From the IMG/VR virus record IMGVR_UViG_3300044209_000012, positions 1-27,917 of that record: a DNA stretch of 27,917 nt; one strand, written 5' to 3'. This document shows, piece by piece, positions 1-8,782 of the stretch. Source of the stretch: a virus (lineage: Duplodnaviria > Caudoviricetes). Positions within the stretch are counted from its first letter, which is position 1; the number at the start of each line of letters is the position of its first letter. The notes beneath the pieces were generated by a model. It was given only the letters and a program-made list of their open reading frames with translations. It was not told the origin of the DNA and made no database searches. The position numbers were made by a program, and so were the translations under genes.

Positions 1-425
1 CCATCAAGGGTTTCACTGGCGTTCGGGTCAACAGTTATGGTCGTGCCGTATGCGGTGTTCCAAACCCAACAGTTGAACCCAGCCCCCAACGTAGCGGCAG
101 CCGTCAGGCTAACCGTAAACGTGTTGGCCGTACAGTTGATGATCGTGCCGTTGTCATCGGCCACGACCGTGTAGGCCGCAGTCTTGTTCTGGATCGTGAG
201 CGTGCTGGAGCCGCCGCCTGCCGCAGCCAGCACGCCACCAGACAGACTCAAGCCGGTGCCAACAGAGATTTCCTCGACAGGCCCAGCACTGGCCGTAGTG
301 CGACCCAGAAGTCGGTCGGTCGCCATGTTGAGTGTGTGCGCCTCATTCCACTGCGCCTTTGCGATCTCGCCGTTGCCGGCGTCGGTGCCGGTCGCCTGAG
401 TAGTATGCTTGACTTCAATTGTCAT
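1..425 (-). CDS. Virion fibre-like structural protein, runs off the left edge (absent from the ORF track)
   Basis: Manual translation from ATG 425: MTIEVKHTTQATGTDAGNGEIAKAQWNEAH...RLLGRTTASAGPVEEISVGTGLSLSGGVL...KTAAYTVVADDNGTII. Gly/Thr/Ala-rich fibre-type motifs; open to the window edge. Confidence 0.7.
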   Translation of the reverse strand, partial: MTIEVKHTTQATGTDAGNGEIAKAQWNEAHTLNMATDRLLGRTTASAGPVEEISVGTGLSLSGGVLAAAGGGSSTLTIQNKTAAYTVVADDNGTIINCTANTFTVSLTAAATLGAGFNCWVWNTAYGTTITVDPNASETLD

Positions 426-433
426 GGCTTGAA

Positions 434-805
434 TCAGGCGTGCGTAATGGTGGCGCTGGTGATGCTGACGGATTGACCAGCGGTGATGTTGATGCTGTCC
501 AAATTGATGTCAGAGCCAGACAGCCCAACGGTCAGGCCAGTGACAACATCAGTGCCGCCAGACGCGGTGCGGATACGGGCGGCAGCAGCAGTGCCGGTGT
601 TGTCTGCGCTAGTATCAGTTTGAGGCATGGTGAAGGTCAGCACGCCGCCAGATGCGGCAGGCGCTGCTGGGTTCGCCAGCGGAATCGTGGCAAGAATTGT
701 GCTCATGCCAGTAGTGCCGATCTCAAGCACGCCAGTAGCGCCGATTGCAGCAGTGACTGCGTTAAGGCGAGCGTTTTTGACGGCGGTGGTGTAAATAATT
801 GCCAT
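434..805 (-). CDS. Small virion structural protein (decoration or fibre-associated)
   Basis: 123 aa, Thr/Ala/Gly-rich beta-type sequence; AAGGA RBS upstream; lies in the head operon. Confidence 0.65.
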   Translation of the reverse strand: MAIIYTTAVKNARLNAVTAAIGATGVLEIGTTGMSTILATIPLANPAAPAASGGVLTFTMPQTDTSADNTGTAAAARIRTASGGTDVVTGLTVGLSGSDINLDSINITAGQSVSITSATITHA

Positions 806-819
806 GATGGTTCCTTTGA

Positions 820-1425
820 TTAAGCGCGTTCTTCCCAGATTGCAGAGAAAACGACAGTTGCCGTTTGGTTCCCCACGTTGTCAATCACCCAATACTTTGT
901 TCCAGGCTCAATGCCGCGCTCTGCGGTTGCAGAAGTGCTGGCCTCCGTTTTGTTGCCTGCGACAATGCGAATCAAATCAGTAATGGTGCCGCCAGCGTGA
1001 GTGCCGTCGTAGTCCAGCGTCACTTGATTGACAACTGCTGGCGCTGTCGTCATCATGTTCATGCGAAACACCGGTATTGGCGTCCACGGACCATCCGCAG
1101 TGCCTCCTAGCCTGCGAGTGATCTCGCAAGTCGAATCCTCTACGGAAAACGACACATCAACGATGATGACGTTGACCGGAACGGTAACGCGGATCACTCG
1201 ATTGGTGGCTGATGGAATCGTCAGCTTCTGAAATGTGCGAAACGTCCGGCCCGCAAAAAAGCCAGTCTGCCCAACGTCCACGCGAAGCCTGGCGTAGTCT
1301 CCATCGCCATCCGTCATCAGCTTGACTGGCGGATACGCCTCGACCCGTTCGGCGTAGGTGCCGTCCTGCCGATCAATCAGCAGCTTGCGTACTTCCTGCC
1401 AGAATGGGAAACGAATGTCAGACAT
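820..1425 (-). CDS. Hypothetical, probably virion-associated beta-rich protein
   Basis: 201 aa; overlaps the upstream gene end; co-oriented with the structural operon. Confidence 0.6.
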   Translation of the reverse strand: MSDIRFPFWQEVRKLLIDRQDGTYAERVEAYPPVKLMTDGDGDYARLRVDVGQTGFFAGRTFRTFQKLTIPSATNRVIRVTVPVNVIIVDVSFSVEDSTCEITRRLGGTADGPWTPIPVFRMNMMTTAPAVVNQVTLDYDGTHAGGTITDLIRIVAGNKTEASTSATAERGIEPGTKYWVIDNVGNQTATVVFSAIWEERA

Positions 1426-2104
1426 GATAGAGGTCGGCGTTTGTGCCTAGCCATTGTCGCAGAATCGAGCCGTCGCTGTCCACCTGACCGGCAAAATCAG
1501 GCTTGTGGCCCATGCCGATCCCGCCGCGTCCTGGCTGGCCTTTGATGCCGACGACCATCTGCGCTCGGTGCAAGGCTTTCGGACCTCGGAAGTTGCGCCA
1601 CAGGTTGATGTCGATGAACTGCACGCCTAGCCTTAGCTCGTCTACAAAGTAACTGATTGCACTACCCTTCATGGCGGTGCTGCACAGGCTGGCGTGATTG
1701 GTGTTGCTAAGTTGGCGATAGCGCCGCGTGGCGATGTTGTAGTACCTGGCGTGAGACTCTCCAACCAGATCATGCGTATCAAGCCAGCGATTCACGTCTA
1801 GCAAATAGTTCGGGCCATAGCAGTCATCATCTTCCACCACGACCAGCCGAGCCGACGACTTGACCAACCTCATGCCTTCCAGCAGGTTACGCGCTTGCGT
1901 GTTCTGCCCAGGCTTCCAGCGTGGCTGCGGCCTGACTAGCGTCAGCGTCCATTTCTCGCGCTCAAACGTGATCGGCTGCGCTTCCTCGCCATCGTCAACG
2001 ATGATCCAATGCACCGGGCCGGTGTAGGTTTGGCGCATCATGAGCTGTTCAAGAATGGCCCAGGCTTGCGGCCTAGCGCCGGTAGCGGTCAAGAGGGTAA
2101 GCAC
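1418..2104 (-). CDS. GT-A fold (family 2-like) glycosyltransferase
   Basis: LTLLTATGARP..., QTY...WIIVDDG, and a DxD-like VVVEDDDCY motif. Confidence 0.8.
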   Translation of the reverse strand: MLTLLTATGARPQAWAILEQLMMRQTYTGPVHWIIVDDGEEAQPITFEREKWTLTLVRPQPRWKPGQNTQARNLLEGMRLVKSSARLVVVEDDDCYGPNYLLDVNRWLDTHDLVGESHARYYNIATRRYRQLSNTNHASLCSTAMKGSAISYFVDELRLGVQFIDINLWRNFRGPKALHRAQMVVGIKGQPGRGGIGMGHKPDFAGQVDSDGSILRQWLGTNADLYHV

Positions 2105-2685
2105 AATACATCCTCAAGGTCTGCACGCGGCCAGCACGTCAGCGCCGTAGCCCGTGAGCAGTTGATGATTTCGACATTGTAGAGGTGGCTTGCAAGCTCC
2201 TCAAACCTGGAATGCCAGCGTCCGATCTGCCCAGCATTGCCTAGGCTCGGCGGGTGGTCGCCGTGCCAGTGTGCCTTGCCTTCGGTCTTTTGGCAATCGT
2301 AGCCTAACAGGATGATGCGCTTGGCTCCAGCTCCAGCGGCCAGCGAGATGCACGCCGCGCCACTGTTGCCGTAGGTGTTGAACTCGGCGGGCGGCAGGCG
2401 CGTGACTTGGTACCGCTGGGCAAGCTGGTTGATGCTGTACCGTGCGCCGGTGAATACGCGGTTGACCTCGGCCAGATGCACGTCCCACCATTGGCGATCC
2501 ATCGCAAACAGGGCGTCTGCCCATGGTGCAATCTGGTAAGTGGTGTTGGCGACGATTACGCCGCGTTCTTGCGAGGACGGCCCCGCTTGCGAGCGCCAGA
2601 CTCGGACTCGTTCTGCGTCGTCACTGGTGAGGCTTGGGCCACTGGCAAGGCAGACAACGGTTCCTCCTTGCCAGCGGTTTCGGTA
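2089..2685 (-). CDS. Maf/DUF115-like (sialyltransferase-like Rossmann) glycosyltransferase domain, probably expressed by -1 frameshift from the 96-aa gene
   Basis: The frame is open from 2766 to 2089. Upstream of ATG 2502 it reads RWQGGTVVCLASGPSLT...VIVANTTYQIAPWADALFAMD, then GNSGAACISLA, GAKRIILLGYD, HWHGDH, EIINCS. Confidence 0.7.
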   Translation of the reverse strand, partial: YRNRWQGGTVVCLASGPSLTSDDAERVRVWRSQAGPSSQERGVIVANTTYQIAPWADALFAMDRQWWDVHLAEVNRVFTGARYSINQLAQRYQVTRLPPAEFNTYGNSGAACISLAAGAGAKRIILLGYDCQKTEGKAHWHGDHPPSLGNAGQIGRWHSRFEELASHLYNVEIINCSRATALTCWPRADLEDVLCLPS

Positions 2686-2846
2686 GGGCGGGTCATGGCT
2701 TCCTTCGTTTCCATTCGCACGGCCACACCTTGCTCGATCAGGTGCTGCGCCAGCAGGTCGGACACTTCAACCGGAATGCCATGCGGCAGGCGTCCGCGCT
2801 CCGCCGTGAGGACGGGTTTGCGAGAGGTAATGACAATTTTAGGCAT
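2556..2846 (-). CDS. Small capsid-adjacent protein with C-terminal AT-hook-like motif
   Basis: 96 aa, directly after the capsid gene terminator; ends RKRGRPRKNAA. Confidence 0.7.
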   Translation of the reverse strand: MPKIVITSRKPVLTAERGRLPHGIPVEVSDLLAQHLIEQGVAVRMETKEAMTRPTETAGKEEPLSALPVAQASPVTTQNESESGARKRGRPRKNAA

Positions 2847-2860
2847 GGTGTAATTCTATG

Positions 2861-2891
2861 AAAAAACCCGCCACGCGGGCGGGTTCTTTTT
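2861..2891. terminator. Intrinsic terminator after the major capsid gene (bidirectional form)
   Basis: AAAAAACCCGCC-ACGCG-GGCGGGTTCTTTTT. Confidence 0.8.
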
Positions 2892-2907
2892 GCTGTCAAA
2901 AGACAGA

Positions 2908-4047
2908 TCAGGCGGTGAAGTTGCCGTAGTAGATGCCTGCCGGACGGTCAACGCCAAGGCCAAGGCGTTCCTCAGCACGGATGGTAATCAGGTTGTTGGT
3001 GAAGTCTGCATTGACGTAACCCATTTCCACCACAGCACCAGCGCGGTTGTAGAGGACTGCCGAGTCAGACATGCGGGCCACGATGAACTTGCCAGCTTGC
3101 AGGTGGTTGCTGATGACCACTTGCAGGCCGAACGGGTTCATGCCGGCTTGCATACCGGGCAGGCCGTACAGGTAAGCGCCAGTGCCAGCGCCCTCGCGGG
3201 TGCGCTCCATCGCACCCCAATCAGCCGGGTTGACAATCACGGTGTCGGGCATGTTGCCAGCCGACCACATGGTCCACTTGACGCGGTTGATGGCGTCAAC
3301 CAGCAGGTCATCGCTGGTCGGGGTGTAGGCGGTGTAATTGCCGCTGTCGGTCAGGCCGGACAGGTTGGGGCTGGTGCCGTTGCCGTTGATCAGTTGCGAC
3401 TCGATGCGCTGGGCCAGGCCATCACGCAGGCGGGACTCGATGTAGGCCACAACAGCCGGGGCGTCGGCCAGCAGCTGATTCGAGATTTTGATCCAGTGGG
3501 CGACCGTGGTGATCGGCACGTTGTATTGCTCAAACGTGACATCCGATTCCGGCTTGGCAGCACCTTGCGAGACTTCAGCGGCGCTGTTAGTCCACGAGGC
3601 TTCGCGCAGGCTGTTGACCATGTTGGAGGTCACAGGGATGGCGCGCAGGATCTGGCGAACGGTCAGCGGAGCGAACGAGCCGGGGATGATGCCAGGACGC
3701 TGATCCGGGAAGACGGTGGTCGAGCCGCTGGTGACGGTGTTCTTGACCTCGATACGGGCACGCTGGGTGTTGCCGGCCACGAGCTGCTTGTACTGCTCGG
3801 ACTTGACGAACTCCTCGGCAGCCGACAGCGCCGGGGCAGCAGCTTGGGCGGTGGTCTGCTTCTGAGCGATCTCGATCATCGAGTCTTGCAGGCTCTTAAA
3901 CTTCTCGGACAGAGCGCGGACTTCACCTTTGGTTTCGGTGTCAACGTTGCCCTTTTCCTTCAGTTGGCCCTCGAATTTTTCGATGGCTGCGGCCAGTTTG
4001 ACTTCTTGAGCCTTCAGGCCGGCTTCGACGATATCTTTCAGTTCCAT
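2908..4047 (-). CDS. Major capsid protein, HK97 family
   Basis: N-terminal coiled-coil delta domain; EAS...AAEVSQGAAKPES, ISNQLLADAP, GNGTSPN, FTNNLITIRAEERLGLGVDRPA. Start reset to ATG 4047 (MELKD) after AAAGGA. Confidence 0.95.
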   Translation of the reverse strand: MELKDIVEAGLKAQEVKLAAAIEKFEGQLKEKGNVDTETKGEVRALSEKFKSLQDSMIEIAQKQTTAQAAAPALSAAEEFVKSEQYKQLVAGNTQRARIEVKNTVTSGSTTVFPDQRPGIIPGSFAPLTVRQILRAIPVTSNMVNSLREASWTNSAAEVSQGAAKPESDVTFEQYNVPITTVAHWIKISNQLLADAPAVVAYIESRLRDGLAQRIESQLINGNGTSPNLSGLTDSGNYTAYTPTSDDLLVDAINRVKWTMWSAGNMPDTVIVNPADWGAMERTREGAGTGAYLYGLPGMQAGMNPFGLQVVISNHLQAGKFIVARMSDSAVLYNRAGAVVEMGYVNADFTNNLITIRAEERLGLGVDRPAGIYYGNFTA

Positions 4048-4060
4048 GATGGATTCCTTT

Positions 4061-4714
4061 TCAGATGGAAATGTTGAGTTGGTGGTTCTGGAATAGCGCG
4101 AGCATCTCTGCCTTTGCCTTTTCTTCCGCTGCCACTTGCTCGCCAAGTGCCAACCGTCGAATGCGACCTACCAGAGCTGTCGCATCCGATTTCGAGAAAC
4201 CCGAAGCCTCACGCAGCAGGTTCTCAATGTCTTTGAGTGTAGCGCATTCGTCCAGTACGGACTTCACGCTTTCGATTTTTGCGCCCAGATCGGCGGGTTC
4301 TTCCACCACGCTGATTTCGATCAGGTCGATCTGCTTGAGCAGGCGACGACCAGCGCTAGTTTCTTCCACCAAACGCGGGATGTAGCCAATGCTCATGCCG
4401 TCCACGGTGCCGTGTTTCATGCTGGCGTAAACATCAATGGCGGTGCTGTGGCCAGGCGTCAGTTGGCCGTTGACATACAGACCTTTGGAGTCAGTGCGAA
4501 TGTCCAGCCACTTGCCAATGATTGGGCCGTAGTGATTCCAGCGCATCCGAACCGGGCGACTACGCTCGATCAGCGTAGCGTCGTAGGCTTTCGGGTCGAT
4601 GGTGTCGCCATAAGCATCCACGCCTCCGAAAACGGAAGCGTACCCGGCGAAAACCATGTCCTCGCCGACGAACTTCAGTTCGAGCGCGTCAAGTTTGAGG
4701 GATTTCGTTTCCAT
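4061..4714 (-). CDS. HK97-family prohead protease
   Basis: FAGYASVFGGVDAYGD, MRWNH, GMSIGY, LIEISVVEEPAD. Start reset to ATG 4714 (METK). Confidence 0.93.
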   Translation of the reverse strand: METKSLKLDALELKFVGEDMVFAGYASVFGGVDAYGDTIDPKAYDATLIERSRPVRMRWNHYGPIIGKWLDIRTDSKGLYVNGQLTPGHSTAIDVYASMKHGTVDGMSIGYIPRLVEETSAGRRLLKQIDLIEISVVEEPADLGAKIESVKSVLDECATLKDIENLLREASGFSKSDATALVGRIRRLALGEQVAAEEKAKAEMLALFQNHQLNISI

Positions 4715-5936
4715 TTTCTTGCCCAATAGGTTGCTGCGGCTGCATCTGTTGCCCCAATTGCTCAATCGGAACCATAGCGCCTTGCAGGAATAGTTTATCA
4801 CCCGCTTCCACGGGTTGCAAATTCAGCTCTTTTCGGGCCTCATTTGGCGTCATCAGAGAGCCGTTTACCGCCGATTTGTAGCTCTCGAACATCGTTTTGA
4901 TGTCGGATCGGAGCAGCGCATTGAAATCGAACTCAATATCCATGCTGCGGCGGTCTTCTGGCGACAGCAGATTGACGACCATGCTGGCCTCGATTTTCTC
5001 CAGCAGAGGACGAAGGGTCAGCTTGTAGAAGCCCTGCATGATCTGCTCGATACCGCTGCCCCATGTCGTCGTTCCGTTGTTGTCGTTGACCAGCACAGAC
5101 GGGACGCCGTACCAGCGGCAGATTTCGCTGATCTGGAATTTGCGGCTTGACAGCAATTCGATGTCTTGCGGCGAGAGCGAGATAGCCTGGAAGTCGGTTC
5201 CCTTCTCCAGCACCATCAGACGGTTGTTGTCGCCGGTAGTGAGATTGGCGAATGCGGTGCGCACTTCGTCGCGCTGCTGTTTGGTAAGCAGGCGATCCAG
5301 CTTCAGCACGCCGGAAGGCTTCGCGCCGTTGCGGTAGACATTGGAAACCGCCTTCTCGGCGGCTTGTGCAATGCCTAGCGTGTTGCGCTGATACGCCAGC
5401 GGAGAAAGGCCGGTGATGCTGTTGCCCATCAGCTTCAGATGCCAGATGGACTTCTCGGCAAACACCGTTACGCCGTGGTTCTCGTCGTTGTACTGGTAGC
5501 TGATGGAGCCATCCGACAGCAGGCGGGTTTCCATCTGCGCCGACATTAGCGGCATGAGGCTGACGATCCGACCGCCTCGGCGCTCGATCTGGCAGTAGCT
5601 GTTGCCTTGCGTGAGTAGATTGAGCAGCACCGTCTCCCAAAACTCGACTCGGTTCTGATAACGGTTGACCTTGCCAGCAAACAGGACGGCCAGATCATGC
5701 TCAGGATCGGCCACGCGGGAGCCGTCTTCGGTTCGGCGGTAGAAGTGCAGCGGGAGACTCGCCGGAGTCTCGGCCAGCAGCTTGACACAAGCCCACACAG
5801 CCGACAATTGCATGGCCGAGTCGAACGTCACCGGCGAAGCAGCTTCTTCGGTATAGGTCGGGTAGCTGTATTGGACGCCCGCCATCCTGCGAAGTCCGCC
5901 CATGACCCAACTGCCGAATTCGTAGAAGATGCTCAT
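4689..5936 (-). CDS. Portal protein, HK97 family
   Basis: SAVWACVKLLAE, GNSY, GLSPL, NGAKPSGVL, EICRWYGVP, MTPNEAR. Confidence 0.95.
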   Translation of the reverse strand: MSIFYEFGSWVMGGLRRMAGVQYSYPTYTEEAASPVTFDSAMQLSAVWACVKLLAETPASLPLHFYRRTEDGSRVADPEHDLAVLFAGKVNRYQNRVEFWETVLLNLLTQGNSYCQIERRGGRIVSLMPLMSAQMETRLLSDGSISYQYNDENHGVTVFAEKSIWHLKLMGNSITGLSPLAYQRNTLGIAQAAEKAVSNVYRNGAKPSGVLKLDRLLTKQQRDEVRTAFANLTTGDNNRLMVLEKGTDFQAISLSPQDIELLSSRKFQISEICRWYGVPSVLVNDNNGTTTWGSGIEQIMQGFYKLTLRPLLEKIEASMVVNLLSPEDRRSMDIEFDFNALLRSDIKTMFESYKSAVNGSLMTPNEARKELNLQPVEAGDKLFLQGAMVPIEQLGQQMQPQQPIGQENGNEIPQT

Positions 5937-7489
5937 ATTGTCAGTGGGTTCAGTAGGTAGTCGTCAAAATCGCCTTCTTCGGCCATGTGAGGCATCACGC
6001 CTGCTGCCATCGCCATAGCCACGGCTCCGTCGATTCTACCGGTGGCCTTGCCCTTGTTTAGCTTCCTATTGCCAGCGGCGTCCTGCTCAATCTTAGCGTT
6101 TGCCATGCACATTGTCAAAACAGGATGCCCGCCGTGTGCGATTTGCTCATTCAGCAACAAGGTTTCCAGTGTGTCGATTGCTGGGGCCATGTCCCGGAAG
6201 CCTTGGCCGAATTCTATCAGCGGAAGCTCGACGCCGATCTCGGTCAGCTCTTTTTGCAGCAAATCGAAGCGCCAACGGTCAAAAGCGACCGCTTGGACAT
6301 TCATTCCGTCCAAAATATCGGCGATTTCACGCCCGACAGCCTCGTAATCAATGCTTGCACCGGGTATGGCACGGATGAATCCCTGGTCTTTCCACACGTC
6401 ATAGGGTGCTCGATCACGCTTTGCGCGGTCAAAAATACCCTTCTCAGGCGTCCAAAAGTAGGCTTTGACGTGCCATTTTTTGCCTGAAAACGCCATCAAA
6501 ACCATCGCCGTTAGGTCGTTCTTGGCGGACAAATCGAGGCCAACATACACTGGAGCGTCAAAAAACACGTCATCATCGACGGGTTCGGCGTTTGCCATCC
6601 ACACACTACGAGAAACGAATGGAGCGGACATTTCCACTCTTTGGTTCATTACCAGATTGCGAAATGTAGGCTCAAACGATGGCATCCGTGCCGCGCGCTC
6701 GGCTTGTTCCTCAACGTCTTGCAGGCTTCTGAATGCGCCCATCGCTGGGTTGGCGGCAAGCCACGCCTTGCGATCCATGACATCGGCCTCGCGGTCGGCT
6801 TCGTAAAGGTGGCAAACGATGCGCGGGTCTTTACTGGTCTTGGCGTCGTCTAGCCAGATAGAAAACAGGTCGTTATCGTTCGGTGCCTGGGTGGAGATGG
6901 CGATCAGCAGCGGATCGGCGTGTGCGCCTTGGCTGGTGATGATGGCGTCGATGAAGTCTGACTGTGGCCCGCGAATCTGTCCCACCTCATCGAGGATCGC
7001 CAGCGCTGGTGAGAGGCCATGAGCCGTGCGGCCATCAGCAGCAAGTGCCCGGTACTCGACGTTGCGCGCCAAGCCGATCAGGCGCTTGGAGCTGGGCACG
7101 ATTCGCACCAGGGGCTGTAGCTCGGGCGAAAGCTGGATCATCTTGCAGGCCAGATTGAACACCAGTGCGGCCTGGTCGCGGGACATAGCGCCGCTGACGA
7201 TCTGCGTGTTCAGCTTGGCCTCGGGGCCGACGATATGAGCCAGAAGGATGCCAGCGATGATTGCGCTCTTGCCGTTCTTTCGGGCGATGGACAAATACGC
7301 CCGCCGTGTGCCGGTCGGGTTGTCGTAGATTTCGCGGATGAAGAGTTTTTGGAATTCCTCAAGCCGGATAGGTTGTCCGACGTGTTCGCCTTCTGGCACC
7401 TTGAGGTACTGCTCGCAAAAGGCGATAACGCGGTCGCCACGGGTCATTTGTGGCGGGTTTTTTGTGCGTTTTGGCTTAAGCGACGGCAT
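5933..7489 (-). CDS. terL: Terminase large subunit
   Basis: Walker A IARKNGKS, Walker B AILDEV, AISTQ, ANP, GLDLS, FDRW, RIDGAVA. Confidence 0.96.
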   Translation of the reverse strand: MPSLKPKRTKNPPQMTRGDRVIAFCEQYLKVPEGEHVGQPIRLEEFQKLFIREIYDNPTGTRRAYLSIARKNGKSAIIAGILLAHIVGPEAKLNTQIVSGAMSRDQAALVFNLACKMIQLSPELQPLVRIVPSSKRLIGLARNVEYRALAADGRTAHGLSPALAILDEVGQIRGPQSDFIDAIITSQGAHADPLLIAISTQAPNDNDLFSIWLDDAKTSKDPRIVCHLYEADREADVMDRKAWLAANPAMGAFRSLQDVEEQAERAARMPSFEPTFRNLVMNQRVEMSAPFVSRSVWMANAEPVDDDVFFDAPVYVGLDLSAKNDLTAMVLMAFSGKKWHVKAYFWTPEKGIFDRAKRDRAPYDVWKDQGFIRAIPGASIDYEAVGREIADILDGMNVQAVAFDRWRFDLLQKELTEIGVELPLIEFGQGFRDMAPAIDTLETLLLNEQIAHGGHPVLTMCMANAKIEQDAAGNRKLNKGKATGRIDGAVAMAMAAGVMPHMAEEGDFDDYLLNPLTI

Positions 7490-8768
7490 TTTCTACAAGA
7501 TTGTCGCTGTTTTGACGATGCGACGACAATTCAGCAAAGGTTTGGCCCGTGGCCTCCAGGGTGGCGGCCTTGCCGGTGAAGTCCTGCCAGCGTTTGATGA
7601 TCACGTCCACGTACTTGGGGTCTAGTTCCATCAGGCGCGCCTGGCGGTTTGTTTTCTCGCAGGCGATCAGCGTGGAGCCGGAGCCGCCAAAGAGGTCGAG
7701 CACGGTGTGGCCCGGCAGCGAGGAGTTTTCCACCGCCTTCTCGACAAGCGGCACCGGCTTCATGGTTGGGTGCAGGTCGTTCTTCAGCGTGCGCTGAATT
7801 TCCCAGACATCCTCTTCGTTGTAGCGCTCGCCATGGAAGTCGTCGTTGAACCTGCCGTAAACGATTGGCTCGTAGCGCGACTTGTAGTCCTTGCCGGAAA
7901 TGGTCGACTGATTCTTGACCCAGATGATGATGGACTTCCAATTCATGCCAGCGCGGCGCAGCGGCGTGAGCAGCTGGTCGAGCGTTTGCGCGCCAAAGGA
8001 GACGTACCAGCCGCCAGCGCAGTAGGCGGCGATGTTGCCCAGCACGTCCGACATAAAGTCGTCGAATTGCTCGGGACTCATCCTGTCATTCTTGATTGCG
8101 TCGTACTGAGCGCAGGCGGTCTCGTGCTTCACCTGCACACCGCCCTTGGTTGTGCGGCTCATCGTGCCCGAGTAGCCGATGTTGTACGGCGGGTCGGTGA
8201 ACACCATGTCGGCCTTCTTGCCCGCCATCAGCACGTCCACCGCATCCACCGACGTGCTGTCGCCACACATCACCCGATGCTTGCCCAGCAGCCACACATC
8301 ACCCAGCACCGTTACGGGCTGCGCTGGAACCTCCGGCACCTCATCCTCATCCGTCAACCCTTCCTCAACCGCCGCCTCGGCCAGTAGCGCCGCCAGTTCA
8401 TCTTCACTGAAGCCCATCAATTCGCCAAAGTCGCCAGCCAAATCCTCCAACTCCACCCGCAGCGCTTCTTCATCCCAACCGGCATTCAGTGCCAGTTTGT
8501 TGTCAGCAATGATCAATGCTCGGCGCTTGCGGTCATCAAGGCCAGTGACAATGACGGCTGGAACCTTGGAAAGCCCCAGCTTGCGAGCCGCCAATACTCG
8601 GCCATGCCCAGCGATAAGGTTGTTCTGTTCATCCACCAGCACAGGATTGGTGAATCCGAACTCACGGATGCTGGCGGCAAGTTGCGCGACCTGCGCATCG
8701 CTATGCGTTCTGCTGTTGAGCGCGTATGGAATCAGAAATTCAATTGCAATGGCTTTGTGTTCGTACAT
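7476..8768 (-). CDS. ParB-like N-terminal domain fused to an amino (N6-A/N4-C) DNA methyltransferase, beta order
   Basis: LIPYALNSRTH, SIREFGFTNPVLVD, IAGHGR, ADNK; then TDPPY, HPTMKP, VLDLFGGSGST. Confidence 0.92.
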   Translation of the reverse strand: MYEHKAIAIEFLIPYALNSRTHSDAQVAQLAASIREFGFTNPVLVDEQNNLIAGHGRVLAARKLGLSKVPAVIVTGLDDRKRRALIIADNKLALNAGWDEEALRVELEDLAGDFGELMGFSEDELAALLAEAAVEEGLTDEDEVPEVPAQPVTVLGDVWLLGKHRVMCGDSTSVDAVDVLMAGKKADMVFTDPPYNIGYSGTMSRTTKGGVQVKHETACAQYDAIKNDRMSPEQFDDFMSDVLGNIAAYCAGGWYVSFGAQTLDQLLTPLRRAGMNWKSIIIWVKNQSTISGKDYKSRYEPIVYGRFNDDFHGERYNEEDVWEIQRTLKNDLHPTMKPVPLVEKAVENSSLPGHTVLDLFGGSGSTLIACEKTNRQARLMELDPKYVDVIIKRWQDFTGKAATLEATGQTFAELSSHRQNSDNLVENAVA

Positions 8769-8782
8769 GGTTGGCTGGTGGT

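Noticed and set aside
2890-4077. 395-aa plus-strand ORF, and similar long antisense ORFs such as 7707-8387, 8179-8829 and 13604-14542
   Set aside because: Shadow frames of well-supported GC3-rich minus-strand genes, with no RBS or motifs.
4048-4146. N-terminal extensions given by the ORF track for the capsid protein, and likewise the protease (4715-4801)
   Set aside because: They overlap upstream genes; internal ATGs at 4047 and 4714 fit better.
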